Below, piece after piece: positions 9,953-19,052 of a stretch of 64,000 bases of DNA (position 1 is the stretch's first letter; each line of letters opens with the position of its first letter). Under the pieces are notes generated by a model, which was not told the origin of the DNA, did no database searches, and saw only the letters and a program-made list of their open reading frames with translations. The translations under genes were made by a program, and so were the position numbers. The DNA comes from Dehalococcoidales bacterium (GTDB lineage: Bacteria > Chloroflexota > Dehalococcoidia > Dehalococcoidales > RBG-16-60-22): positions 77,197 through 141,196 of the forward strand of contig JBAZGT010000001.1 of NCBI GenBank assembly GCA_041652735.1, read 5' to 3'.

Positions 9953-12160
9953 ATGTCCAAGATTATAGCATCGGCGGCCATCAGAGGCGCGCATGCCATC
10001 GTGACCAAAGCGGAGAAAAAGTGGCAGGACGCCATGGACAAGTGGGGCGCCAACGAGCCGGTGGGCTTTCCCAACACCGCTTACTACCTGCCCATCATCT
10101 ACGGCATCTCCGGCATGAAAGTGGCTAAACTGGGCGATATGGAAGCCGTTTTGAAGAAATGCAAAGCCCTGCTGCCGCCGCCGGTCAGGGAGACGCACCA
10201 CCTCCCCTATTTGGGCCCCACCCTGGATGCCGGCATGATTACCTTCTGGGCGGAAGAGCTGCTAGAGGCTATCAGATACCTGGAAACGCCCGATTATTAC
10301 CTGCGCGGCGAGGACGTGACGGACGGCAATATCTGGCTGGGCGCCGCCGATGATGTTATTATGAGGAAAAGGGGGGTGGAGTTCGTGGACGGCACCGCCC
10401 CCGGCTTCGCGGCGATACTGGGCGCCGCCCCAACCCCGGAAATTGCCAAAAATATAGCGGAAGAGCTGCAAAAGAAGAACCTGTATGTATTCATGGCCGG
10501 ACAGCACAACGGGGAAAGCTTCTCCCGGCAGCTGGTTAAAGCGGGGGTGCAGATAGGGTGGGGGACGCGGCTGGTCTCCTTCGGGCCGGACACCAGCGCC
10601 ACGGTATTCCCCATCGGCTTCGCCACCCGGGCGGCCATATCCTTCGGCGGCATCGACCCGGGCGATTATAGAAAGATATTGATTTACAACAAAGACCGCG
10701 TTTTCGCCTTCGCCATGACCATGGGCGACGTCACCGACGAGTGGTACGCCAACGGCGCCGGCGCCATCAACTGGGGCTTCCCGGTGATAGCCGATACGCC
10801 CATACCGGAAATCCTCCCCACCGGCGTCTGCACCTACGAGCACGTGGTCGGCAACGTACCGCACGATGAAATCGTGAACCGCGCCATCGAGGTCAGAGGC
10901 CTTAAGGTCAACGTGACCGAGATACCCATACCGGTGGCCTTCGGGCCGGCCTTCGAGGGCGAGAGAGTACGCGGCGACGATATTTACCTGGAAGCCGGCG
11001 GCGGGCGCACCCACATGGTAGAGTGGGTCACCACCAAACGCATGGAGGAGGTGGAGGACGGCCGGGTGGAAGTAATCGGGCCGGAACTGGTTGACATGAA
11101 AGAGGGCTCACGAGCGCCCATCGCCATCAACGTGGAGGTGGCGGGGCGGCAGATGCAGGACGACTACGAGCCGATACTGGAGCGCCAGATTCACCACCTC
11201 ATCAACTACGCCCAGGGCATAATGCATATAGGGCAGCGGGACATAGCCTGGCTGCGCATCTCCAAGCAGGCGGTGGAAAAGGGCTTCAAGCTGAAGGACA
11301 TCGGCATTATTCTGCACGCCAAGCTGCACCAGGACTTCGGACGCATATTCGATAAATTACAGGTAAAAATTTACAGCAATGAAGCGGACGTCAATAAAAT
11401 CATGGAAAAAGCCCGGGCGGTGTACAAGACCAGGGACGAGCGCATCGAGGGCATGACCGACGAAAGCGTGGACACCTACTACTCCTGCACGCTGTGCCAG
11501 TCCTTCGCGCCGAGCCACGTGTGCGTCATCAGCCCGGAGAGAACGGGGCTTTGCGGCTCCTATAACTGGATGGACTGCAAGGCGGCTTTTGAAATCAACC
11601 CCACCGGCCCCAACCAGCCGGTGCTCAAGAGCGAATGCATCGACGCCAAACTGGGGCAGTGGCAGGGGGTCAACGACTTCCTGGTGAAAGCCTCCCGCGG
11701 CAAGATAGACCACTATAATTTCTACAGCATCGTCCAGGACCCGCCGACCACCTGCGGCTGCTGCGAGGCCATCGCCGCCGTGCTGCCCCTGTGCAACGGC
11801 ATCATGACGGTCAACCGGGACTATACCGGGGAAACGCCCTGCGGCATGAAGTTCACCACGCTGGCGGGGACCATCGGCGGCGGTTTGAGCACGCCGGGGT
11901 TCGTGGGGCACGGCAAATACAATACCACCCAAAGGAAATTCGCCGCCGCTGAAGGCGGCATCCTGCGCATGGTGTGGATGCCCAGGGGACTCAAGGAGGA
12001 AATCGGGGAGCGGTTCAAGGCGCGGGCCCAGGAACTGGGCATACCCGACCTCCTGGACAAGGTGGCCGATGAAACGGTGGGCGTCACCGAGGAGACGATA
12101 CTCCCCTTCCTCCAGGAAAAGGGGCACCCCGCTCTGACCATGGACCCTATTTTAGGATAA
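9953..12160 (+). CDS. acsB: Acetyl-CoA synthase (A-cluster subunit of CODH/ACS)
   Basis: 735 aa; Cys motifs SCTLCQSFAPSHVC and TTCGCCEA (Cys-Gly-Cys of the A-cluster); follows acsA. Confidence 0.95.
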   Translation: MSKIIASAAIRGAHAIVTKAEKKWQDAMDKWGANEPVGFPNTAYYLPIIYGISGMKVAKLGDMEAVLKKCKALLPPPVRETHHLPYLGPTLDAGMITFWAEELLEAIRYLETPDYYLRGEDVTDGNIWLGAADDVIMRKRGVEFVDGTAPGFAAILGAAPTPEIAKNIAEELQKKNLYVFMAGQHNGESFSRQLVKAGVQIGWGTRLVSFGPDTSATVFPIGFATRAAISFGGIDPGDYRKILIYNKDRVFAFAMTMGDVTDEWYANGAGAINWGFPVIADTPIPEILPTGVCTYEHVVGNVPHDEIVNRAIEVRGLKVNVTEIPIPVAFGPAFEGERVRGDDIYLEAGGGRTHMVEWVTTKRMEEVEDGRVEVIGPELVDMKEGSRAPIAINVEVAGRQMQDDYEPILERQIHHLINYAQGIMHIGQRDIAWLRISKQAVEKGFKLKDIGIILHAKLHQDFGRIFDKLQVKIYSNEADVNKIMEKARAVYKTRDERIEGMTDESVDTYYSCTLCQSFAPSHVCVISPERTGLCGSYNWMDCKAAFEINPTGPNQPVLKSECIDAKLGQWQGVNDFLVKASRGKIDHYNFYSIVQDPPTTCGCCEAIAAVLPLCNGIMTVNRDYTGETPCGMKFTTLAGTIGGGLSTPGFVGHGKYNTTQRKFAAAEGGILRMVWMPRGLKEEIGERFKARAQELGIPDLLDKVADETVGVTEETILPFLQEKGHPALTMDPILG

Positions 12161-12164
12161 GTAG

Positions 12165-12237
12165 CAAGGGGCAAGTGACAAGGAAAGGCTAAGTGATAAT
12201 CCGGTAAGATTTACTACTTGACACTTGAGACTTGTCA
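12165..12237. repeat. Inverted pair of CAAGNNN / CTTGNNN heptad tracts (imperfect long hairpin) in the acsB-acsC spacer
   Basis: CAAG at 12165, 12172 and 12179; CTTG at 12217, 12224 and 12231. All have an exact 7-nt period, and the arms are roughly complementary. Confidence 0.7.
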
Positions 12238-12263
12238 TTTAAAATCCGAGAGGAGTTTATAAG

Positions 12264-13610
12264 ATGGCCTTAACCGGAATAGAGATATTCAAACTGCTGC
12301 CCAAGACCAACTGCGGCGACTGCGGCGTGCCTACCTGCCTGGCCTTCGCCATGAGCCTGGCCGCCGGCAAGGCCGAGCTGAGCAAGTGCCCGCATGTCTC
12401 CGAGGAAGCCAAGAGCAAGCTGACGGAGGCCGCGGCCCCCCCCATTTTACCCGTCACCATCGGGGCGGGGGAAAGCGCGCTGAAAATCGGCGGGGAAACG
12501 GTCATGTTCCGCCATGAAAAAAGATTCGAGAACCCGCCCGGCATCGCCATACTGATTACGGACGCCATGCCGGACGCCGAGGTGGACGCCCGGCTGAAAA
12601 AGATAAAAGAACTGGTGTATGAAAGGGTGGGACTGACCCTGCGCGCCAACCTGGCCGCCCTGAAGTGCGAGAGCGGGGACGCCGCCAAATTCGCCGCCCT
12701 GGCGGGTAAAGTCAAAGCCGCCGGCGATATCAATATTATTTTAATGAGCGATAAAGTGGAAGCTCTGGCCGCCGCGGCCAAAGCCTGCGCCGACCGCAAG
12801 CCGCTGCTTTACGCCGCCACCAGGGATAACGCGGACGCCGTGGCCGCCCTGGCCAAGGAGACCGGCTGCGCCGTAGTCGCCAGAGCGGACAGCCTGGATG
12901 ACCTGGCGGCGCTTACCGGCAAGCTGACCGCCGCCGGTATCAAGAACATCGTGCTGGACTCCGGAGCGCGGAGCACGCAGAAGGCGCTGGAAGACCAGGT
13001 AATCATCCGCAGCGCCGCCCTCAATAAAAAGTTCCGCCCGCTGGGCTTCCCCACCATCGTTTTCCCGTGTGAAATGACCGGCGACCCGATGAAAGAGGCG
13101 GCCATCGCCGTGATGTTTGTGGCCAAGTACGCGGGCATCATCGTCCTGTCCGATTTCCGGGGCGAAAGCCTTTTCCCGCTGCTGGTGGCGCGCCTGAACA
13201 TTTACACGGACCCGCAGCGGCCGCTGGCCACCAAGCAGGGCATCTATGAAATCAACAACCCCAACGAGAACTCCCCGCTGATGGTGACCTCCAACTTCTC
13301 CCTCACCTACTTCATCGTCTCCGGGGAAATCGAGAACAGCAAAATACCCAGCTGGCTTTACGTTAAAGATACCGAGGGGCTTTCCGTCATGACCTCCTGG
13401 GCGGCGGGAAAGTTTTCCGCGGACATCATCGGCCCGTCCATCCTGAAAAGCGGCATCACGGACAGGATAAAGCACCGCAGCCTGATCATCCCCGGCTACG
13501 TAGCCGCCGAGAGCGGCGGGCTGGAAGAAGAAATGCCCGGCTGGAAAATCCTGGTAGGTCCCAGGGACGCGGCCAACCTTACGCCGTTCCTCAAGACCTG
13601 GAAACCGTAA
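12264..13610 (+). CDS. acsC: Corrinoid iron-sulfur protein large subunit (gamma)
   Basis: 448 aa; N-terminal [4Fe-4S] motif CGDCGVPTCLAFA; AcsC/CdhE family. Confidence 0.93.
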   Translation: MALTGIEIFKLLPKTNCGDCGVPTCLAFAMSLAAGKAELSKCPHVSEEAKSKLTEAAAPPILPVTIGAGESALKIGGETVMFRHEKRFENPPGIAILITDAMPDAEVDARLKKIKELVYERVGLTLRANLAALKCESGDAAKFAALAGKVKAAGDINIILMSDKVEALAAAAKACADRKPLLYAATRDNADAVAALAKETGCAVVARADSLDDLAALTGKLTAAGIKNIVLDSGARSTQKALEDQVIIRSAALNKKFRPLGFPTIVFPCEMTGDPMKEAAIAVMFVAKYAGIIVLSDFRGESLFPLLVARLNIYTDPQRPLATKQGIYEINNPNENSPLMVTSNFSLTYFIVSGEIENSKIPSWLYVKDTEGLSVMTSWAAGKFSADIIGPSILKSGITDRIKHRSLIIPGYVAAESGGLEEEMPGWKILVGPRDAANLTPFLKTWKP

Positions 13611-13622
13611 AGAGGAGGCGAG

Positions 13623-14501
13623 ATGATTCTCATCGGGGAGAATTTAAACGTTATTTCCCAGACCCTGGGGCCGGCCCTGGCGGAGAGAAACGCCGCGCCG
13701 CTACAGGAAATGGCTAAAGCGGAGACCGAGGCCGGCATCGATATCATCGACCTTAATATAGGCCCCGCCCGTAAAGGCGGCGACGCGCTGATGGCCTGGG
13801 TGGTGGACACCGTACAGTCCGTCACGGATAAAATGCTTTCCCTGGACACCACCAACCTGGACGCCATGCAGGCCGGGCTGAAAGCCCGTAAAGGCCGGGT
13901 GCTGATAAACTCGGTATCCCTGCAGACCAGCCGTATCGACCGCGGGCTGGCCATGGCCAAAGAGCATGACGCCGACCTGATAGGGCTGCTCTGGAGCAAC
14001 GAGGGCATGCCGCGGGACGTTAACGAGCGGGCGATGCATACCGTCAACTTCGTCTATAAAGCCAACGAGGCGGGCATCCCCAATGAAAAGATATGGATCG
14101 ACCCCATCGCCAGCCCGGTCTCGGTGGAAATCAACCAGGTCAAGGCCTGCGTGGAGTTCATGACCATGCTGGCGGAAATAGCGCCGGGGTGCAAGTCCAC
14201 GGTGGGGCTTTCCAATATCTCCAACGGCGCCCCCGCCGAGCTGCGCGGCTGGCTCAACCGCACCTACCTGGTGATGCTGATGCGCTACGGGCTGTACTCC
14301 GCCATCGTGGACGCGTTCGATAAAGACCTGGCGGCCATAGCGCGCGGGCAGCGGCCGGATATCGTGGCGCTTATCCACCAGATGATGGACGGGGACAAGC
14401 CGGATATCCCCTCCCTGCCCAAAGAGATGCAATATTACGCGCGGACGGTGAGGGTGCTCACGGGAGCATCACTCTATTCCCACTCCTGGCTGGAAGTCTA
14501 G
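13623..14501 (+). CDS. acsE: Methyl-THF:corrinoid Fe-S protein methyltransferase
   Basis: 292 aa; pterin-binding family (MILIGENLNV, IDLNIGP, GLSNISNG). Confidence 0.9.
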   Translation: MILIGENLNVISQTLGPALAERNAAPLQEMAKAETEAGIDIIDLNIGPARKGGDALMAWVVDTVQSVTDKMLSLDTTNLDAMQAGLKARKGRVLINSVSLQTSRIDRGLAMAKEHDADLIGLLWSNEGMPRDVNERAMHTVNFVYKANEAGIPNEKIWIDPIASPVSVEINQVKACVEFMTMLAEIAPGCKSTVGLSNISNGAPAELRGWLNRTYLVMLMRYGLYSAIVDAFDKDLAAIARGQRPDIVALIHQMMDGDKPDIPSLPKEMQYYARTVRVLTGASLYSHSWLEV

Positions 14502-14529
14502 AGCCAAATGCTATACAATATCACTGTCC

Positions 14530-15207
14530 ATGATAGAGAAGAATCCCCCGCTGCCAACACAGCCAGCGCGCGAGTTTGCCCATGAACTGGCTTTCAAACT
14601 AGCCAGGGAAAAGCTGGCCGCCATCGCCGACATCGAGGGGCAGTGCCGCAAGAGCGGCGCCCGCTACCTGCCGGCGGAAAAGTCCGTCATCATCGACTAC
14701 CTGAACCGCTTTTACCGGATAAGCTTACCCGGCGGCGAGGTCTCTTCCATCATCAATAACGAGCCGGTGCCGCTGCGCGACAAGATTTTGATACTCCACT
14801 ATTTCAACCGCGCCTCCGGCACGCCCCTGTCCGGCCGGAACATCACCTACAAAGAGCTGGCGGAAGGCATCAACTACTATCCCACGTTCTTCAAGCGGGC
14901 GATAGAGCCGATTATCAACAGCTTTAAAGACGACCCGCGATTGCTGCTGGAAGCGTCGGCCACGCTGGGGGGGCACAAGACCGACTACGGCGATATGGCC
15001 GTGGCCATAGACGCTTTTCCCCTGGTGCCGGTGACCGTCGTCATCTGGCGGGGGGATAAAGAGTTCCCGCCCAACGGGAATATCATGTTCGACAGCACCA
15101 TCCCGGAATACCTGCCCACGGAAGACATCACGATACTGTGTGAAATACTGGCCTGGAAACTCGTCAGGCTGATAAAGACCGGAGGTGACGCCCCTGGTAA
15201 AAGATAA
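14530..15207 (+). CDS. DUF3786 domain protein
   Basis: 225 aa; from memory the sequence resembles DUF3786 proteins that accompany acs genes; no strong RBS. Confidence 0.55.
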   Translation: MIEKNPPLPTQPAREFAHELAFKLAREKLAAIADIEGQCRKSGARYLPAEKSVIIDYLNRFYRISLPGGEVSSIINNEPVPLRDKILILHYFNRASGTPLSGRNITYKELAEGINYYPTFFKRAIEPIINSFKDDPRLLLEASATLGGHKTDYGDMAVAIDAFPLVPVTVVIWRGDKEFPPNGNIMFDSTIPEYLPTEDITILCEILAWKLVRLIKTGGDAPGKR

Positions 15208-15682
15208 CCTTACCGAGACAGATGTGCGGGAAAAACTACAGGAAATTTTCTCCCGCCACCACCGCGAAAGGCAGGAGCTGATACCGATTTTACAGGAGAC
15301 ACAGGAGCATTTCCGCTATCTGCCGGCGGCGGCGATGCGGGAAATAGCCAGATACCTGAATATGTCCCTGAATGCCGTTTACGGCGTCAGCACCTTCTAC
15401 TCCCAGTTCAAACTAACGCCCCTAGGCAAAAAGATAATACGCATCTGCCGCGGCACCGCCTGCCACGTGCGCGGCGCCGGCAAGGTGCTGGCGGAAGTGG
15501 AAAAACAGCTGGGCATCAAGGCCGGGGAAACCACGGACGACATGGAATACACCCTGGAGACAGTGGCCTGCATCGGAGCCTGCGCCCTGTCGCCCACGAT
15601 GACCATAGACAAAGAGACTTACGGCAAGATGACCCCCAAAAAAGTCGTGGAGGTTTTAGGTGACAGAAGCAAAACCAGCTAA
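15185..15682 (+). CDS. NuoE/HydC-like [2Fe-2S] thioredoxin-fold subunit
   Basis: 165 aa; CRGTACHVRG...CIGACALSP Cys pattern of the NuoE family. The start is uncertain (GTG at 15185 overlaps the previous gene by 23 nt). Confidence 0.8.
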   Translation: MTPLVKDNLTETDVREKLQEIFSRHHRERQELIPILQETQEHFRYLPAAAMREIARYLNMSLNAVYGVSTFYSQFKLTPLGKKIIRICRGTACHVRGAGKVLAEVEKQLGIKAGETTDDMEYTLETVACIGACALSPTMTIDKETYGKMTPKKVVEVLGDRSKTS

Positions 15683-17546
15683 TACCCGGCAAACCATACT
15701 GGTGTGCCAGGGGACCGGCTGCGTATCAGGAAAATCACTGGAAATTACCGAAGCCCTGTCCCGGGCGATAGCCGAAGCGGGGCTGGAGGGCGTAGCAGTG
15801 GATTTCACCGGCTGCCACGGGTTCTGCGAGCAGGGGCCGGTGGTCATCGTTGAGCCGGAAGGAATTTTTTACGCCCGCGTTACGCCGGCGGATGTGCCGG
15901 AAATCGTCACCTCTCACCTGCGCGACGGCAAGCCGGTGGAGCGCCTTTTCTATAAAGACCCGGTGACCGGCGCGGCTATCCCCTACCATAAAGACATCAA
16001 GTTTTACAGCATGCAGCAGCGCATCATTCTGCGCAATTGCGGCGGCATCAACCCGGAAAGAATCGAGGACTACATAGCCACCGGCGGCTACGAAGCGCTG
16101 AAAAGGGTGCTGCTGCACCTGACCCCGGAGCAGGTTATCGACGAGATAAAGCGCTCCGGCCTGCGCGGGCGCGGCGGCGCCGGTTTTCCCACCGGCCAGA
16201 AATGGCAGTTCTGCCACGACGTCAACGCCGAACAGAAGTATATGATATGCAACGCCGATGAAGGCGACCCCGGCGCGTTCATGGACCGCAGCACGATGGA
16301 AGGCGACCCCCATACCGTCCTGGAAGGCATGGCTATCGCCGCTCACGCCATCGGCGCCACGGAAGGGTACATTTACATCCGGGCGGAGTACCCGCTGGCG
16401 GTAAAGCGCGTGCGCCTGGCCATCCGGCAGGCGGAGGAAAAGGGGTTCCTCGGCGAAAATATCTTCGGCACTAAATTCAAACTTAAAATACACGTCAAAG
16501 AGGGCGCCGGCGCCTTCGTGTGCGGGGAAGAGACCGCGCTGATGGCGTCCATCGAGGGCAAACGCGGCATGCCCCGCCCCCGCCCTCCCTTCCCGGCTAC
16601 GTCCGGGCTCTGGGGCAAACCCACCACCATCAACAATGTAAAGTCGCTGGCCACGGTGCCGGTCATCATCGCCAAAGGGGCGGACTGGTACAACAGCATC
16701 GGGACGGAAAAAAGCAAGGGCACCTGCGTCTTCGCCCTGACCGGTAAAATCGCCAACAGCGGGCTGATAGAGGTGCCGATGGGCACGCCGCTGCGCACCA
16801 TCATTTACGAAATAGGCGGCGGCATTCCCGGCGACAAGAAATTTAAAGCCGTACAGACCGGCGGGCCTTCCGGCGGCTGCCTGCCGGAAAGTTACCTGGA
16901 CAAATCCGTCGACTACGAGTCGCTCACCGCGGCCGGCTCCATGATGGGCTCCGGCGGCATGGTGGTCATGGACGAGGAGACCTGCATGGTGGACGTGGCG
17001 CGCTATTTCCTCTCCTTCACCCAGGCGGAGTCCTGCGGCAAATGCGTCCCCTGCCGCGTGGGCACCAAGCAGATGCTGGATATCCTGGAAAGAATCTGCC
17101 GCGGCGAGGGCGTGCCGGAGGACCTGGCCCTGCTGGAAAAGCTCGGGAACGACATCAAAGCCGGCTCGCTGTGCGCGCTGGGGCAGACCGCGCCCAATCC
17201 CGTACTCACCACCATGAAGTATTTCCGTGACGAATATAAAGCTCACATAGAAGAGAAAAGGTGCCCGGCCGGCGCCTGCACCAAATTGATATCTTTCTAC
17301 ATCCTGCCGGACAAGTGCCAGGGCTGCGGCATCTGCGCCCGCGAATGCCCCACCGAGGCTATAGCCGGCGGCAAGCGGATGGTGCATGTCATCGACCAGG
17401 ATAAGTGCGTCAAGTGCGGCACCTGCCTGGACGCCTGCCCGGCCAAGTTCAAGGCCATCGTCAAGGTGTCCGGGGAAAAGGTGGACGTGCCGGACAAGCC
17501 GATACCGGTCAAGGAGAAGCCCAAGGCCGCGCCGGAAGGCAAGTAA
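15660..17546 (+). CDS. NuoF/HydB-like FMN and NAD(P)H-binding Fe-S flavoprotein with C-terminal 2x[4Fe-4S] ferredoxin domain
   Basis: 628 aa; GRGGAGFPTGQKW (FMN/NADH site); ESCGKCVPCRVG (N3 cluster); CQGCGICARECP and CVKCGTCLDACP; GGAGG RBS before the GTG start. Confidence 0.9.
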   Translation: MTEAKPANTRQTILVCQGTGCVSGKSLEITEALSRAIAEAGLEGVAVDFTGCHGFCEQGPVVIVEPEGIFYARVTPADVPEIVTSHLRDGKPVERLFYKDPVTGAAIPYHKDIKFYSMQQRIILRNCGGINPERIEDYIATGGYEALKRVLLHLTPEQVIDEIKRSGLRGRGGAGFPTGQKWQFCHDVNAEQKYMICNADEGDPGAFMDRSTMEGDPHTVLEGMAIAAHAIGATEGYIYIRAEYPLAVKRVRLAIRQAEEKGFLGENIFGTKFKLKIHVKEGAGAFVCGEETALMASIEGKRGMPRPRPPFPATSGLWGKPTTINNVKSLATVPVIIAKGADWYNSIGTEKSKGTCVFALTGKIANSGLIEVPMGTPLRTIIYEIGGGIPGDKKFKAVQTGGPSGGCLPESYLDKSVDYESLTAAGSMMGSGGMVVMDEETCMVDVARYFLSFTQAESCGKCVPCRVGTKQMLDILERICRGEGVPEDLALLEKLGNDIKAGSLCALGQTAPNPVLTTMKYFRDEYKAHIEEKRCPAGACTKLISFYILPDKCQGCGICARECPTEAIAGGKRMVHVIDQDKCVKCGTCLDACPAKFKAIVKVSGEKVDVPDKPIPVKEKPKAAPEGK

Positions 17547-17550
17547 GCAA

Positions 17551-18861
17551 ATGGCGAGCGCGAAAAGGGCTGGCGGTATGAACAATAAAACGCCTCTGCC
17601 GGAAGTCGACCCGGAATCCGCCGGATTTTCTAAAGAAAGGCTGGCGCGCCTCAAGCCGGCCATGCGGAAATATATCGACCTCCAGCTCCTGCCCCATATC
17701 GTCACGCTGGTGGCGCGGGAGGGCAAAATCGTCCACTTCGCGGCGCAGGGCTACCAGGACTGCGAGAGCAAAATCCCGGCGACAAGGGACACCATCTTCC
17801 GCCTTTATTCCAACAGCAAAGCCATAACCGGCGCGGCGGCGATGATTCTTTATGAAGAAGGGCGGCTGACCCTGGACGACCCGGTTTCCCGGTACATCCC
17901 CGCCTTTAAAGACCCGCTGGTGGCGGCGGCTTACGGGGAGACGGGAAGAGGCTGGCCGCCGGTAATGTTTCCCACTGTGCCCGCCCAACGCGAGATAACG
18001 CTGCGCGACTGTCTGCGGAACACCACGGGGCTAGCCACGCCGGAGCGCTCCCCCTACTGGTACGCGGTACGCTATAAGGACATCATCCCGGAAACGGGCT
18101 GGGACCTGACGGCCAACCTGGATAATCCCCCCACCCAGAGCTACCGGCACCGGGTGGAAAACCACGCCAGGCTGCCGCTGAACTTTCAGCCGGGCACGGA
18201 CTTCGTGTACCACGTGGGATATCCGGTCATCGGCGCGGTCATCGAGATAATCACCGGGCAGACGCTGGAAGAGTTTTACCGGGAACGCATTTTCCAGCCG
18301 CTGGGCATGAAAGACACCTCTTTCTACCTGGCGGAGCATAACCGGGACAGGTTTGCCGACTGCTACCGGCCGAAGCAAAAGAACGGGCGATGGGGCATCG
18401 CGCCTTACGATAAAGCCGCCGCCAGCGAGAAAGCCAGGGGACCGGCGGTGAACTTCGGGGCGGGGGGAGATATGGGGGGCGTCCTCTCTACCGCGGGCGA
18501 CTACGCGCGCTTCTGCCAGATGCTGCTCAACGGCGGGGAACTGGACGGTGTGAGAATCCTGGGGCGCAAGTCCGTGGAAATCATGACCGCCAGCCACACC
18601 GGGGACATATTTTTACCCATGCGGGGGCGGGGGTTCGGCTTCGGGATGGGGGTGGGGGTTTATGTTGGGGGCGCGCCGCGGCCGGTAATGAGGTCGGTGG
18701 GGACTTACGGGTGGGACGGGGCGGCGGGGACACTCTTTTTCGCCGACCCCAAGGAAAAGCTGCTGGGCATCTGCTTTACCCAGGTAATCGGCGCGCTGGC
18801 CATGCCGGGCAACGACTACCAGGAAGAGTTCGAGCGGCTGGTGTACCAGGCGCTGGTGTAG
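17551..18861 (+). CDS. Serine hydrolase of the beta-lactamase / esterase (class C-like) family
   Basis: SxxK motif in YSNSKAITG. Start moved to the ATG at 17551, just after the nuoF-like stop; the track ORF 17386 start lies inside the previous gene. Confidence 0.8.
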   Translation: MASAKRAGGMNNKTPLPEVDPESAGFSKERLARLKPAMRKYIDLQLLPHIVTLVAREGKIVHFAAQGYQDCESKIPATRDTIFRLYSNSKAITGAAAMILYEEGRLTLDDPVSRYIPAFKDPLVAAAYGETGRGWPPVMFPTVPAQREITLRDCLRNTTGLATPERSPYWYAVRYKDIIPETGWDLTANLDNPPTQSYRHRVENHARLPLNFQPGTDFVYHVGYPVIGAVIEIITGQTLEEFYRERIFQPLGMKDTSFYLAEHNRDRFADCYRPKQKNGRWGIAPYDKAAASEKARGPAVNFGAGGDMGGVLSTAGDYARFCQMLLNGGELDGVRILGRKSVEIMTASHTGDIFLPMRGRGFGFGMGVGVYVGGAPRPVMRSVGTYGWDGAAGTLFFADPKEKLLGICFTQVIGALAMPGNDYQEEFERLVYQALV

Positions 18862-18862
18862 C

Positions 18863-18898
18863 TAAGCAACAAGTAGCAAGGGACAAGCAACAAGCAAG
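18863..18898. repeat. NAAGNNN heptad tract (5 periods) directly after a stop codon
   Basis: TAAG at 18863 and CAAG at 18870, 18877, 18884 and 18891, with an exact 7-nt period. Confidence 0.7.
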
Positions 18899-18953
18899 GC
18901 CGGGATTCAGCGAATAAATACCGCTGATATTTTTTACAGGCCGTTCTGCCCGG

Positions 18954-18973
18954 ATACCGATTTCCATCGGTAT
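18954..18973 (+). terminator. Candidate intrinsic terminator
   Basis: ATACCGAT-TTCC-ATCGGTAT 8-bp stem followed by GGTTTGATTTT; lies downstream of the serine hydrolase gene. Confidence 0.45.
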
Positions 18974-18993
18974 GGTTTGATTTTCCGATACTC

Positions 18994-19022
18994 TTGACAT
19001 CACCCCTATTCTCACTGATAAT
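18994..19022 (+). promoter_or_regulatory. Sigma70-like promoter candidate for the cupin gene
   Basis: TTGACA (18994-18999), 17-nt spacer, GATAAT (19017-19022); 30 nt upstream of the ATG at 19053. Confidence 0.4.
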
Positions 19023-19052
19023 TGGCTGTAATCATTTTTTCAGGAGTGATTT

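Noticed and set aside
17386-17550. Upstream start of the serine hydrolase ORF, overlapping nuoF-like by 160 nt
   Set aside because: The overlapping part translates to a Pro/Arg/Ser-rich segment in an alternative frame of nuoF. An ATG at 17551, just after the nuoF stop, gives a normal N-terminus.
15735-17726. Very long antisense ORFs: 663 aa here, plus 7925..9019 (-), 19912..21045 (+), 56983..58329 (-), 10262..11014 (-), 27661..28776 (+) and similar
   Set aside because: All lie fully inside well-supported genes on the other strand and have Arg/Gly/Ala/His-rich, low-complexity translations with no motifs. These are typical stop-poor shadow frames of GC-rich coding DNA.
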